Below, piece after piece: positions 19,353-27,785 of a stretch of 53,279 nucleotides of DNA. Origin of the DNA: a virus (lineage: Duplodnaviria > Caudoviricetes); the IMG/VR virus record IMGVR_UViG_3300032288_006150, positions 1-53,279 of that record. The stretch is one strand, 5' to 3'. Numbering within the stretch: the stretch's first letter is position 1; each line of letters begins with the position of its first letter. Position numbers and translations under genes: made by a program. The notes below the pieces were generated by a model, which was not told the DNA's origin, ran no database searches, and saw nothing but the letters and a program-made list of their open reading frames with translations.

Positions 19353-19882
19353 TGTGTTAATAATTGTTTTATTGCGTTTCCACATACCTTTTTAATAACG
19401 GTAGAGACAGATTGCTGATTCATCTTACCACCTTCGTCAACTATCAAGGTTGACACGGAAATTTCGGAGGCTTTCTCTGTTATCAAGCACTCTTTTATTT
19501 TTTTCCCCTTATTATCAAGAAGATATGCCTTTATTTTTAAAACTGTTTCTGCATTATTCTTATGAAACACTGCCACACTAGATTTGGTGGTCTCAACGTC
19601 AAAGAAAAGAAGATCTATGTTGATTTTATAATCAAATTTGGTCTCGTCTTCTACAATTTCAAAATCATTTTCCTGCAAATATTCCTCTAGAAGATTTCTA
19701 AAACCGAATGTTAATGGTCTAGATCCAGCTAAGCTTCCTATAACGATTTTGTTGTTTATGTCACCAATCAGAACATACTTGCTTTGGCCAATAGCCTGAT
19801 TAAACGAAAGCACCAAAAGGATGCTAAAAATTACCAATATTTTTTGTGGAATCTTGCTTATAATTTTTTCCAGTAGCTTCAT
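19349..19882 (-). CDS. Exported protein, possible CsgG/LpoB-like fold
   Basis: Signal peptide; FGFRNLLEEYLQE and STVIKK echo motifs of 10827-11555. Confidence 0.55.
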   Translation of the reverse strand: MKLLEKIISKIPQKILVIFSILLVLSFNQAIGQSKYVLIGDINNKIVIGSLAGSRPLTFGFRNLLEEYLQENDFEIVEDETKFDYKINIDLLFFDVETTKSSVAVFHKNNAETVLKIKAYLLDNKGKKIKECLITEKASEISVSTLIVDEGGKMNQQSVSTVIKKVCGNAIKQLLTQ

Positions 19883-19956
19883 AATTTTAAGTTATGTTGG
19901 AAAAAATCATCACAGCCCATGATCTGGGCATCAATTAAACGGGTCTTCCGAAATCA

Positions 19957-20031
19957 TTCAGAAAACCCTCAGAATTGTCGTGCAAAGATATAACTCTTTC
20001 ACGGTATGAGGATTTTTCGATATTATATATC
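19957..20031 (-). ncRNA. Putative structured 5' leader RNA, copy 2
   Basis: GAAAAAUCCUCA pairs with UGAGGGUUUUC; CGUGAAAGA pairs with UCUUUGCACG; follows ATATATAA. Confidence 0.55.
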
Positions 20032-20080
20032 TAGCATCCTCCCCGGAAATCAATGCAGTAAAAGAAACTTAAAAAAAATT

Positions 20081-20494
20081 TTACAGAGATATTTCGAACC
20101 GATTTCTCATCTCATTTATCTTAGAATCTGGAACACCGTGCACATTTTTACCCCCGTGACGATTCTCAATAATTAGAGAAACAACCTTGTAGCAGTATTT
20201 ATTGGCTAGTTTGAAATATTCTTCCATCTCCCATTCTCTGGTAAAAGTATTAGAGACAATTATTTCTGGATAAAATTGTGGATTTTTTTCGTTGTCGAGC
20301 ATAAAGGATTCAACCTTATCCCTACAATATTTATGTGCTTCTTTTAATTTGGATGGATCAAAATTGTAATTCCCTTCAGCATCATAAAAAAATTGATCAG
20401 CTTCACATATAACAAAGCTAGACCAAATTAAATTAGCAAAAGAAGATTTTCCAGATCCTGGAAGTCCTCTCAGAAGAACCAAAACTTTTCCCAT
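20081..20494 (-). CDS. P-loop kinase (AAA_33/polynucleotide kinase-like)
   Basis: RGLPGSGKS, EADQFF, VSNTF, NVHGVP. Confidence 0.85.
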   Translation of the reverse strand: MGKVLVLLRGLPGSGKSSFANLIWSSFVICEADQFFYDAEGNYNFDPSKLKEAHKYCRDKVESFMLDNEKNPQFYPEIIVSNTFTREWEMEEYFKLANKYCYKVVSLIIENRHGGKNVHGVPDSKINEMRNRFEISL

Positions 20495-20514
20495 TGCCTA
20501 AATTTTTATTTAGA

Positions 20515-20548
20515 CAAATATAGAGGTATTATTCGGTAAACAAAAATG
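20515..20548 (-). promoter_or_regulatory. CATTT-N8-CG-N11-TATATTTG promoter
   Basis: Exact consensus match. Confidence 0.7.
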
Positions 20549-20549
20549 A

Positions 20550-20678
20550 TTATCTACCCTGTCCTCTATAATTTCTTTCCTTCCTATCGTGCTTGTTGTG
20601 ATTTTTTTTTGCTTTTCCGTTTCTTCTTTTACCGAAGGTAACTTTTTGACTGCCTGTTGTTCCTTTTGCCTTTGCCAT
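20550..20678 (-). CDS. 42-aa highly basic peptide ending YRGQGR (not in ORF track)
   Basis: MAKAKGTTGSQKVTFGKRRNGKAKKNHNKHDRKERNYRGQGR; AATATATAA upstream. Confidence 0.75.
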   Translation of the reverse strand: MAKAKGTTGSQKVTFGKRRNGKAKKNHNKHDRKERNYRGQGR

Positions 20679-20718
20679 TTTCTGGGGTTTTCATTATATA
20701 TTCCCAGAATTCAATTTT

Positions 20719-21180
20719 TTAATGGCCAAATGGAACAACATAAATGTTTCTTCCCCAGGCGGAAGATGTGAATTCATTCAGAAGTGCTTGAGCAATTTTA
20801 AATCTTCTGTAATCATCGTACTTAAGCTCCTCGTTTATTGCTGCAAGTACGTGGTCTAACGGAATAGCAGGAAGGGGATCCCCGTATAGATCTTCTCCAA
20901 TCTTAACCTCTCCCTCCCATATTTCAACGTTCATGTAGTCCATTCCAAGATCAAAAAAATCAGAGGAAGCTGCGTCTACCCCCAGATGATCCCCCTTAAT
21001 ATCCTTAAGAAATTTAAAATCCTTAAATTCAACTGGAACTGATTTTCCCTTACCGAACTGAATAAGATGATTTAATGGGCCGGTTCCTATCTTAGAAACG
21101 TCAACACATGCTATCTCTAAAAATGTTTTCTGATCAACTGAAGAAATTTCTCCCACGTGTAATTTTATCTCGTATCCCAT
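20719..21180 (-). CDS. Hypothetical protein
   Basis: ORF track. Confidence 0.7.
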   Translation of the reverse strand: MGYEIKLHVGEISSVDQKTFLEIACVDVSKIGTGPLNHLIQFGKGKSVPVEFKDFKFLKDIKGDHLGVDAASSDFFDLGMDYMNVEIWEGEVKIGEDLYGDPLPAIPLDHVLAAINEELKYDDYRRFKIAQALLNEFTSSAWGRNIYVVPFGH

Positions 21181-21193
21181 GGTTTATATATTT

Positions 21194-21400
21194 TTATTCA
21201 AAATACTCCTTACTGAATATGGACGATACCTTTTCATCAGAATGGATGATTCTGACATATCTTTTGGTATCTATTGATTCCTGATTTGGATGAATATAAA
21301 CAATCTCCTCTGGCAATAATGGATTAGGTAAATGCTTATTCCAATCCTTATCTGCAATTCCTCTTTTTAATTTTTTTCTTTCTAATTTTTCTACTTCCAT
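21194..21400 (-). CDS. Hypothetical protein
   Basis: ORF track. Confidence 0.6.
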   Translation of the reverse strand: MEVEKLERKKLKRGIADKDWNKHLPNPLLPEEIVYIHPNQESIDTKRYVRIIHSDEKVSSIFSKEYFE

Positions 21401-21401
21401 A

Positions 21402-21626
21402 TTAATATGTGTTATGATCTCTGAATAATGGATCTATTTTGTGTTGGATTGTTTGAGTTTCGGTTTGTTTTCTTTTCATGTAATCAATTGCAGCCTTTCC
21501 AGTGTAATCCATTACATCAAAATCATCTTTTAAATTATTAGCAGCCTGTGGATTGAATCCGTTAATCTTGTTAAGAGCATCTAATTTCTTAGCAATATTT
21601 TCCATGTATTCTTTATTGGGTACCAT
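21402..21626 (-). CDS. Hypothetical protein
   Basis: ORF track; ATATATAA upstream. Confidence 0.6.
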   Translation of the reverse strand: MVPNKEYMENIAKKLDALNKINGFNPQAANNLKDDFDVMDYTGKAAIDYMKRKQTETQTIQHKIDPLFRDHNTY

Positions 21627-21646
21627 AATTTATATATGCTTTTTTA

Positions 21647-22345
21647 TTATCGATAGCTTCGAAAATTTTTCTCAAAGTTCTTAATATACTTTTTGAGAGA
21701 TGCAACATCAAATCTATCAATCAATCCGGTTGACATATAAGCTTGTATTTCATCGTCGATTATTTTTACATCGTCTGCATATCCGATCTTGATTAATACT
21801 TTTTTCATTTTGTTATAGTCTGCTTTCTTCATTTCTGAAATAAGAGAATCACACTTTTTCCTATATTCCTTATTGGTGTAGTATAATCCATGAGCTACCT
21901 CGTGATCCATAATCGACGAATCAAAACTATCAGCACCCAAAAGGTACCATTTTTTAACTCTGGGTTTTCCCGATCTAAGCGGATAATTTTCACAACAATG
22001 AATAATCAACGACATTATTTCATCATATTCTCCTCTCCCCTTTTTGCTAAATGTATCAAGAGCTTTCCACAACTTTTCTGATGGAATATTATACCCAGAC
22101 CAGTCCCCGGGGTACGTAAAAAATTTTTCGCCGTTTTTCTCCCGGTAGAGATCCATATATTTTTCCATACTGAAATACTTACCACGAATTTCTTTATAAG
22201 GGGACTCATAAAATTCTTGGTATCTACAAAAGAGCATCGCCCTCTGGTATCTGTCCTTTATAATAACACCGAATATATTGGGTGCAATCTCTCTAACCTC
22301 CCCTTTTACTAGGGGCTTTTTCAGGGAAATTATTGGTTTTTTCAT
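21647..22345 (-). CDS. HExxH metallopeptidase-like protein
   Basis: DHEVAHG and DEIQAY. Confidence 0.65.
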   Translation of the reverse strand: MKKPIISLKKPLVKGEVREIAPNIFGVIIKDRYQRAMLFCRYQEFYESPYKEIRGKYFSMEKYMDLYREKNGEKFFTYPGDWSGYNIPSEKLWKALDTFSKKGRGEYDEIMSLIIHCCENYPLRSGKPRVKKWYLLGADSFDSSIMDHEVAHGLYYTNKEYRKKCDSLISEMKKADYNKMKKVLIKIGYADDVKIIDDEIQAYMSTGLIDRFDVASLKKYIKNFEKNFRSYR

Positions 22346-22454
22346 ATTCGATCATAGTCATTTTCCTCCTAAAATTACAAAAAAAGGACGGAAATCCAAA
22401 GATGACTCAGTTTTTGGCCTTTTTTTGAATATATAAATCAAATAAGTACAAATC

Positions 22455-22730
22455 ATGAAAATATTATTAGCAGTAGCAGCAGTAGTTTTAGTCTATCTTG
22501 GCTACAAGAAATTTTCTAAAAAGAAAGAATCCCCTGTAGAAGAGCCAAAGAAAGACATCGAAACTAAGGTTGAAGTAAAGGAAGAAGCTCCGATTCTAGA
22601 AGTTGTGGTTGAATCTAAGCCAGCTAGAAAGCCAGCAGCTAAAAAGCCAGCAGCTAAAAAGCCAGCGACAACTAAAGCAACTAAAAAAGTAAAGGAAGAA
22701 ACTAAAAAGGTTACAAAGGCTAAAAAATAA
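22455..22730 (+). CDS. Membrane-anchored Lys/Ala-rich (histone H1-like tail) protein
   Basis: N-terminal TM; KPARKPAAKKPAAKKPA. Confidence 0.7.
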   Translation: MKILLAVAAVVLVYLGYKKFSKKKESPVEEPKKDIETKVEVKEEAPILEVVVESKPARKPAAKKPAAKKPATTKATKKVKEETKKVTKAKK

Positions 22731-22752
22731 AAGCCCCTAAAAATAAAATCAT

Positions 22753-22779
22753 CAACGACTGGGCATCCAGTCGTTTTTT
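22753..22779 (+). terminator. Intrinsic terminator
   Basis: AACGACTGG-GCAT-CCAGTCGTT followed by a T tract. Confidence 0.7.
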
Positions 22780-22782
22780 GTT

Positions 22783-22983
22783 ATGGCTATAGTTCAACTA
22801 ATGCAATCTGACCTAACCTACAATGTTACCACCGAAAATGGTAACGAATACACTGTTCTTATAATGGAGGATTTTTTCAGTGGCCATTTCTCAATAGACA
22901 TATTTGATGAAAAAGAGGAAATTGTAGAAGACGAGGAAATAATTCTAGAAATTAGTAACTTAATAGAAAGTAAGAGGGATTAA
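22783..22983 (+). CDS. Acidic hypothetical protein
   Basis: ORF track. Confidence 0.55.
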   Translation: MAIVQLMQSDLTYNVTTENGNEYTVLIMEDFFSGHFSIDIFDEKEEIVEDEEIILEISNLIESKRD

Positions 22984-23577
22984 TTAAATACTCCAGTATC
23001 CGTCCTCTCCCTTAGGTTTTGAGTAATAAATCAGTTTACCTTTTCCCCCTTTAAGATCCCTAAACGTAAAACCCAGTTGATAATCAAACTGCTTTCCCCC
23101 GTGTGGAACCTTTTTAAATAAACTAACAAATTCTTCCCATGAAATTTTAGATCTTACGGAATCTTTAGTTATTTTGATCTGTGTTTGCCAGCCAGTCTTT
23201 CCTATAGTTTCTATTTTCCGATCAAAAGCCGAAGGATCTATTTCTTTCACTTTATCAAAAACTTGCTTTTTTAATTTATTAACAGAATCCGATTCTAACT
23301 CTATATCATTATGGTTAAACTCTTCAAAGTGCCCATCTATAACATCAACGCTCGAATACCACATTAATTCGTCATCGCTGTAAGCTTCCACTGCCCATGT
23401 TACTACATGGTCGTGGGTTTCCACTATATCAGTCTTCTCCCAATCTAAATCCTTAGGATCGTGAATGATTTTATAACTATCAAATACTATATCGGTCCAA
23501 AGATCAAACATATCCCTGGCAGAATCCGGAATGTCATCTTCCTCGTTATAGGATTCAAAGGTTTTGACGTGTTTCAT
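22984..23577 (-). CDS. Hypothetical protein with MKHVKTFESY leader
   Basis: ORF track; GATATATAA upstream. Confidence 0.75.
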   Translation of the reverse strand: MKHVKTFESYNEEDDIPDSARDMFDLWTDIVFDSYKIIHDPKDLDWEKTDIVETHDHVVTWAVEAYSDDELMWYSSVDVIDGHFEEFNHNDIELESDSVNKLKKQVFDKVKEIDPSAFDRKIETIGKTGWQTQIKITKDSVRSKISWEEFVSLFKKVPHGGKQFDYQLGFTFRDLKGGKGKLIYYSKPKGEDGYWSI

Positions 23578-23580
23578 ATT

Positions 23581-24753
23581 TTATATATCATCATCAAAGA
23601 TCCCCGATGAGATCAGATCAGAAACATTTTGGAGTGTTTGATTAAATTCTTTAGGTTCTTCGATGGATTTTTTGATTTGATCTATTACCTTTTTTCTAAT
23701 ATGAACTGGGATACGATCATAGATTTTGGTTATCCCGATAGGATCATCAGTATACATTTTTATAATAAATTCAGAAACCTCCTTATAATCTAGAAAATGA
23801 CTAAGATTTTCTTGGTCACTGTAATCAAGCAAATCCCAAGATAAAGCAAGAGAAACCTTATAGGGTATTCCTTTAACAACCTCTTTAGCAATAATATAAA
23901 AGGACTTATCTGATATTTTGTTTGATTGAATAATAACATCTTCTATATCAACTGAAGGAAGCCCGTCTAACGAGATAAGAAAATTATTGGAAGCATTAAA
24001 TCCCCCACCGACAAATTCAGAACATCCAGAAAGAGATTCAAGTTTATTGTTTCTACAATCGAATCCTCCTGATACTTTTTTTGGGGATCCTTCCAGCGAA
24101 TCTATCAAATTATTAGAACAACAAAAATTTCCTCCTACAGAATTAGGAGATCCTTTAAGATCCCTAAGATAATTTTGAGAGCAACTATAATTCTTCAAAA
24201 CATTTTTAGGACCATTTAATAAGGACTCCAGATTATTATTCTCGCATATAAAAGATCCTCCAATTCCAACAGGAGAACCCGACAAAGAATTTAGTTTATT
24301 GGTAGATACCCTATAATCTCCTCCTACATGTGTAGGACCATTTTCTAAATTTTTTAATTCATTGAAATCCAAAAGCAGATTTCCATAAATTGTATCAGGA
24401 CATCCTAATAGACTTTCTATCTGATTGTACATACAATCAAGATTTGATCCAATATAAGATGGACAAAAATCTAGGGATTTTAGATTATTGGAATAACATT
24501 TGAAAGATCCCCCGATAGATTTGGGGCTATGCTCAAGAGAAATCAAATCGTTATTTGAGCAATTGAAGTCACCCGAAACTGATTCTATTTTGATCTTGGG
24601 TAAAAATCCGGTGTTTAATTTTTTGGACGATTTTAAAAAAAAGGAGCAGTCTAAATTACCGTCGATCGAGATAGATCCGTCGGAATTAAAGCTCCAGGTT
24701 CCGGTAACACATTTATTAAGAAAATCTTCAAAATCTTTCTTTATTTTAGACAT
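23581..24753 (-). CDS. Leucine-rich-repeat-like protein (22-aa repeats)
   Basis: About nine copies of VGGxFxCxxNxLxSLxGxP. Confidence 0.8.
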   Translation of the reverse strand: MSKIKKDFEDFLNKCVTGTWSFNSDGSISIDGNLDCSFFLKSSKKLNTGFLPKIKIESVSGDFNCSNNDLISLEHSPKSIGGSFKCYSNNLKSLDFCPSYIGSNLDCMYNQIESLLGCPDTIYGNLLLDFNELKNLENGPTHVGGDYRVSTNKLNSLSGSPVGIGGSFICENNNLESLLNGPKNVLKNYSCSQNYLRDLKGSPNSVGGNFCCSNNLIDSLEGSPKKVSGGFDCRNNKLESLSGCSEFVGGGFNASNNFLISLDGLPSVDIEDVIIQSNKISDKSFYIIAKEVVKGIPYKVSLALSWDLLDYSDQENLSHFLDYKEVSEFIIKMYTDDPIGITKIYDRIPVHIRKKVIDQIKKSIEEPKEFNQTLQNVSDLISSGIFDDDI

Positions 24754-25024
24754 TTACATCATTCGCATTTTCCCACTTTAAATCTGGCGTTACATTAATG
24801 GATTCGAAAAATATACTTCGAACCTTTGCACCTAACTCCATATCATTCGGAGTGTCTATAATAGTTCTATGATCTATTAAAATTTGTTTTCTTGAAGATC
24901 CGGTAGAATAGCAATTAAAACATAATTGCCCAACTCCTTCGATATATCCTGATCTTAAATCTATATGGGTCGAAAAGTCATATTGTGTTTCATCGCTACA
25001 CATGACGCATTTATCCTTTCCCAT
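24746..25024 (-). CDS. Small zinc-finger protein
   Basis: CVMC...YIEGVGQLCFNC. Confidence 0.7.
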   Translation of the reverse strand: MGKDKCVMCSDETQYDFSTHIDLRSGYIEGVGQLCFNCYSTGSSRKQILIDHRTIIDTPNDMELGAKVRSIFFESINVTPDLKWENANDVNV

Positions 25025-25034
25025 GGGGTACTTT

Positions 25035-25229
25035 TTATTTTTCTAATCCTTTGGTGATCTTCTCTCTGTATCTCGCATCGAGGATCTCCTTTCTTCTCTT
25101 GATAGAAGGTTTAGTAAAAGTTTGCCTTTCTCTAAGCTGTTTTACTAGATTAGTCTTTGCTGTTTTGTTCTTAAAAAATTTAAGAGCTTGCTCGATTGAT
25201 GAGCATTCTTGTACGTTTACTATAATCAT
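25035..25229 (-). CDS. rpsU: Ribosomal protein bS21
   Basis: IEQALKFFKNK...LRERQTFTKPSIKRR; 64 aa, Bacteroidota-like length and N-terminus. Confidence 0.9.
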   Translation of the reverse strand: MIIVNVQECSSIEQALKFFKNKTAKTNLVKQLRERQTFTKPSIKRRKEILDARYREKITKGLEK

Positions 25230-25295
25230 ATTATATTTTTTATTGCAATTTAAGGAAAGTGTTTCAGTATATATAGATGTAAATAACCAGGAAAA

Positions 25296-25676
25296 ATGGA
25301 AGACCTATTAGAGGTTGACTGGTACTTCCAATCGCCTATTGATTTTGAGCATAAGCAGTACAAGCTTTTCTCCTACCTACAAAAATGCGATAGTGCATTT
25401 TATGAAAGAATTTTTTCCCCTTATTTGCTCCACACAGAAAAAATAGTAGTTGAGATGGAAACAACCCTCCAGAACATTAAAAATTTCGAAAAGGGAGTTA
25501 CAAAAAAATCCCTATTTTTTAGTCTAGAAGGGGTTTATATAAAGGAAAAGGGGATTCCTAAAATAGATGAGATTCAGATCGTGGAAGAGGTAATCGAATT
25601 TTCTTTGCCCCTTTTATTTCAAAGGATAGAATTGGGATCTAAGTTGTCTAAAAAATACCCAAGAATTCTCTATTAG
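25296..25676 (+). CDS. Hypothetical protein
   Basis: W...PIDFEHKQYKLFSYLQ; ORF track. Confidence 0.7.
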   Translation: MEDLLEVDWYFQSPIDFEHKQYKLFSYLQKCDSAFYERIFSPYLLHTEKIVVEMETTLQNIKNFEKGVTKKSLFFSLEGVYIKEKGIPKIDEIQIVEEVIEFSLPLLFQRIELGSKLSKKYPRILY

Positions 25677-25677
25677 A

Positions 25678-27084
25678 TTATTTAAAAAAGATTTCCTTTA
25701 CCTTTTTAGCATACGGATCAAGCTCGTAGAAGTCTTTTTCAATAAACTTATTACCAGATCTAATAAAAACCGATTTTTTTATTAGATCGTTATTTGGATC
25801 CCCCGATGGCATAACACCGGAATCAATGTATCCTATATCTTTTTTCCCGTCAGAATTAAAATCAGTATAGATTAAACTCCATTTTGAATTTGGTCTCTTT
25901 GAAGAATTTATTGTGTATTCAATCCAGCTGTTATCCAATATGAATGATCCGTCTTTGCGTTGGACGTATACCTTTATTTCCCATTTTTGATCCCCTGATT
26001 GTCCTGTAATGCAATCTAAAGCTACTAAATCTTTAATCCCGTCTTGATTTAAATCGTCCGCCACGTAATCAATTCTTTCCTGATTAAAAATTCCAGTCAA
26101 TGGGAGATTAGTCAAAGAGCTTTGATTAAATCTCCCGCCACCCAGATTTAATAAAAATCTATTGGGGGAATTTGGAGATTCACCTGTTCCTAGCAATAGA
26201 TCATTCTTAGAATCTTCGTTTAGATCCATTGCCCATGCACGAAAAACAAGACCAGCACCATTAGGAACGCTCTCTCCAAAGCTATTGTTAGATGGAAAGT
26301 TTACAACATCAGAAGAGAAGTGTGCAAAATTTCGGTTGGAAAAATAAGGATATGAAGGTATCCCCCAGAAAATATAGGTGTGAGAATTTGCAGCAACGAT
26401 TAAATCAGGGAGATTATCCCCGTTCATATCTCCAACATCACCACCGCAGTAAGTAAACATATTGAAAAGGGATTGGGGTTCTAGATCTAACTGAGAAATG
26501 GTATATTTTCCATTGCCATCACTAAGCAGAATAGTACATTTTTCATTTGGACCTTGTGAGCACTCATCATTGTGACCAATAACAACAATATCGACAAAAT
26601 TATCAGAATTCAAATAAAGGGAAATTGATCTAATAGGACCACCGATAAAGTTCGTTCCATCGTTGATTAGATTTTTCTCCTCAAAAGTTTTATTTGAAGG
26701 ATTCCATAACAGGAAAGAAAGATTAGCAGCTTTACCACGACATGCTCCACCTCCATTAAAAATATCGACCCATCCATCATTATTGAAGTCTCCCAATGAA
26801 AGGGCAAACGTGTTTGATGAATATTCATATTTTCCATTACCGTATGGACCTGTTAAAATCTTAACTCCTTTTTGATAAGCACCAACAAAAAGGTCCGCCA
26901 TAACTGGAAGATTCTTCCAATAGCTTGCACCCATGCTCTTTGCATCAGGACTAACCTTGTATCCTTGAAAATCTTCGGAATTGAATGAAGACGAGGAAGA
27001 GATCACCGATTTTTCTGGCTCTAATACATCCTCCTTGTAACAGGACGAAAGAAAAATTAAAAATATAAAGAGGCCTTTTTTCAT
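25678..27084 (-). CDS. FG-GAP/VCBS repeat lipoprotein
   Basis: Lipobox LSSC; GDFNNDGWVD, GDMNGDNLPD, DLNQDGIKD, DFNSDGKKD. Confidence 0.85.
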   Translation of the reverse strand: MKKGLFIFLIFLSSCYKEDVLEPEKSVISSSSSFNSEDFQGYKVSPDAKSMGASYWKNLPVMADLFVGAYQKGVKILTGPYGNGKYEYSSNTFALSLGDFNNDGWVDIFNGGGACRGKAANLSFLLWNPSNKTFEEKNLINDGTNFIGGPIRSISLYLNSDNFVDIVVIGHNDECSQGPNEKCTILLSDGNGKYTISQLDLEPQSLFNMFTYCGGDVGDMNGDNLPDLIVAANSHTYIFWGIPSYPYFSNRNFAHFSSDVVNFPSNNSFGESVPNGAGLVFRAWAMDLNEDSKNDLLLGTGESPNSPNRFLLNLGGGRFNQSSLTNLPLTGIFNQERIDYVADDLNQDGIKDLVALDCITGQSGDQKWEIKVYVQRKDGSFILDNSWIEYTINSSKRPNSKWSLIYTDFNSDGKKDIGYIDSGVMPSGDPNNDLIKKSVFIRSGNKFIEKDFYELDPYAKKVKEIFFK

Positions 27085-27150
27085 TGTTTGATTTTATACC
27101 CAAATATACTGGGAAAAATCGAAACATTTACGCTGAAATGTGAAACTTTT

Positions 27151-27597
27151 TTAAACAGCGGACGACTTACTGGGAATCCAATTTTCGAAATAGAATTTAC
27201 GAAGGGAATCAAAATTTGATAATGAGGAGATGGACCACCCCGCATAATCTTTTAATTCTTCACCGTTTATCACTATTTTAAGAAAACCGAATTGCTCTCT
27301 AAGCTGATCTCTATGTATTGTATTCTGTATTTGCTTATAGGTTGCAAGGATATGATCGTTATTACTCATTTTAGCTTCAAATACGAGCTTAAATTCTGCT
27401 CCCCTAATATAAGTCTTGGCCTTGAGATAAGTCGGAGCTATGGTGTGTTTCTGTACGCCAAAAATCTCTTGTGCAAGGGGGGAGAGCTCATTGTTTAATC
27501 TAAAATCTACTACCTCCCCAGTCCAAGCCTTGATCTGGTCCTGAGAATAATCGGAAATCATAGTCTCCCATCTACTAAGAATTATTTGATTTATCAA
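27151..27597 (-). CDS. Hypothetical protein
   Basis: ORF track. Confidence 0.6.
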   Translation of the reverse strand: MINQIILSRWETMISDYSQDQIKAWTGEVVDFRLNNELSPLAQEIFGVQKHTIAPTYLKAKTYIRGAEFKLVFEAKMSNNDHILATYKQIQNTIHRDQLREQFGFLKIVINGEELKDYAGWSISSLSNFDSLRKFYFENWIPSKSSAV

Positions 27598-27608
27598 AAA
27601 GGTCTATT

Positions 27609-27776
27609 TTAATTGTAATATCTATTTGTTCTCTTCATTCCCTCCAATTCTCTCTCCAATCCTTTTGCGATTCTTCTTACCTCCCTTAGAAGGTCCCTTT
27701 CGTCTATCCGTATTAAGTGATTCTCCAATCCCTTCAGATTTCCTATTCTGGTTTGGATTTGTTCCCTTCTGTTCAT
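27609..27776 (-). CDS. 55-aa helical hypothetical protein (not in ORF track)
   Basis: MNRREQIQTRIGNLKGLENHLIRIDERDLLREVRRIAKGLERELEGMKRTNRYYN fills the gap. Confidence 0.55.
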   Translation of the reverse strand: MNRREQIQTRIGNLKGLENHLIRIDERDLLREVRRIAKGLERELEGMKRTNRYYN

Positions 27777-27785
27777 TTTCTGCTT

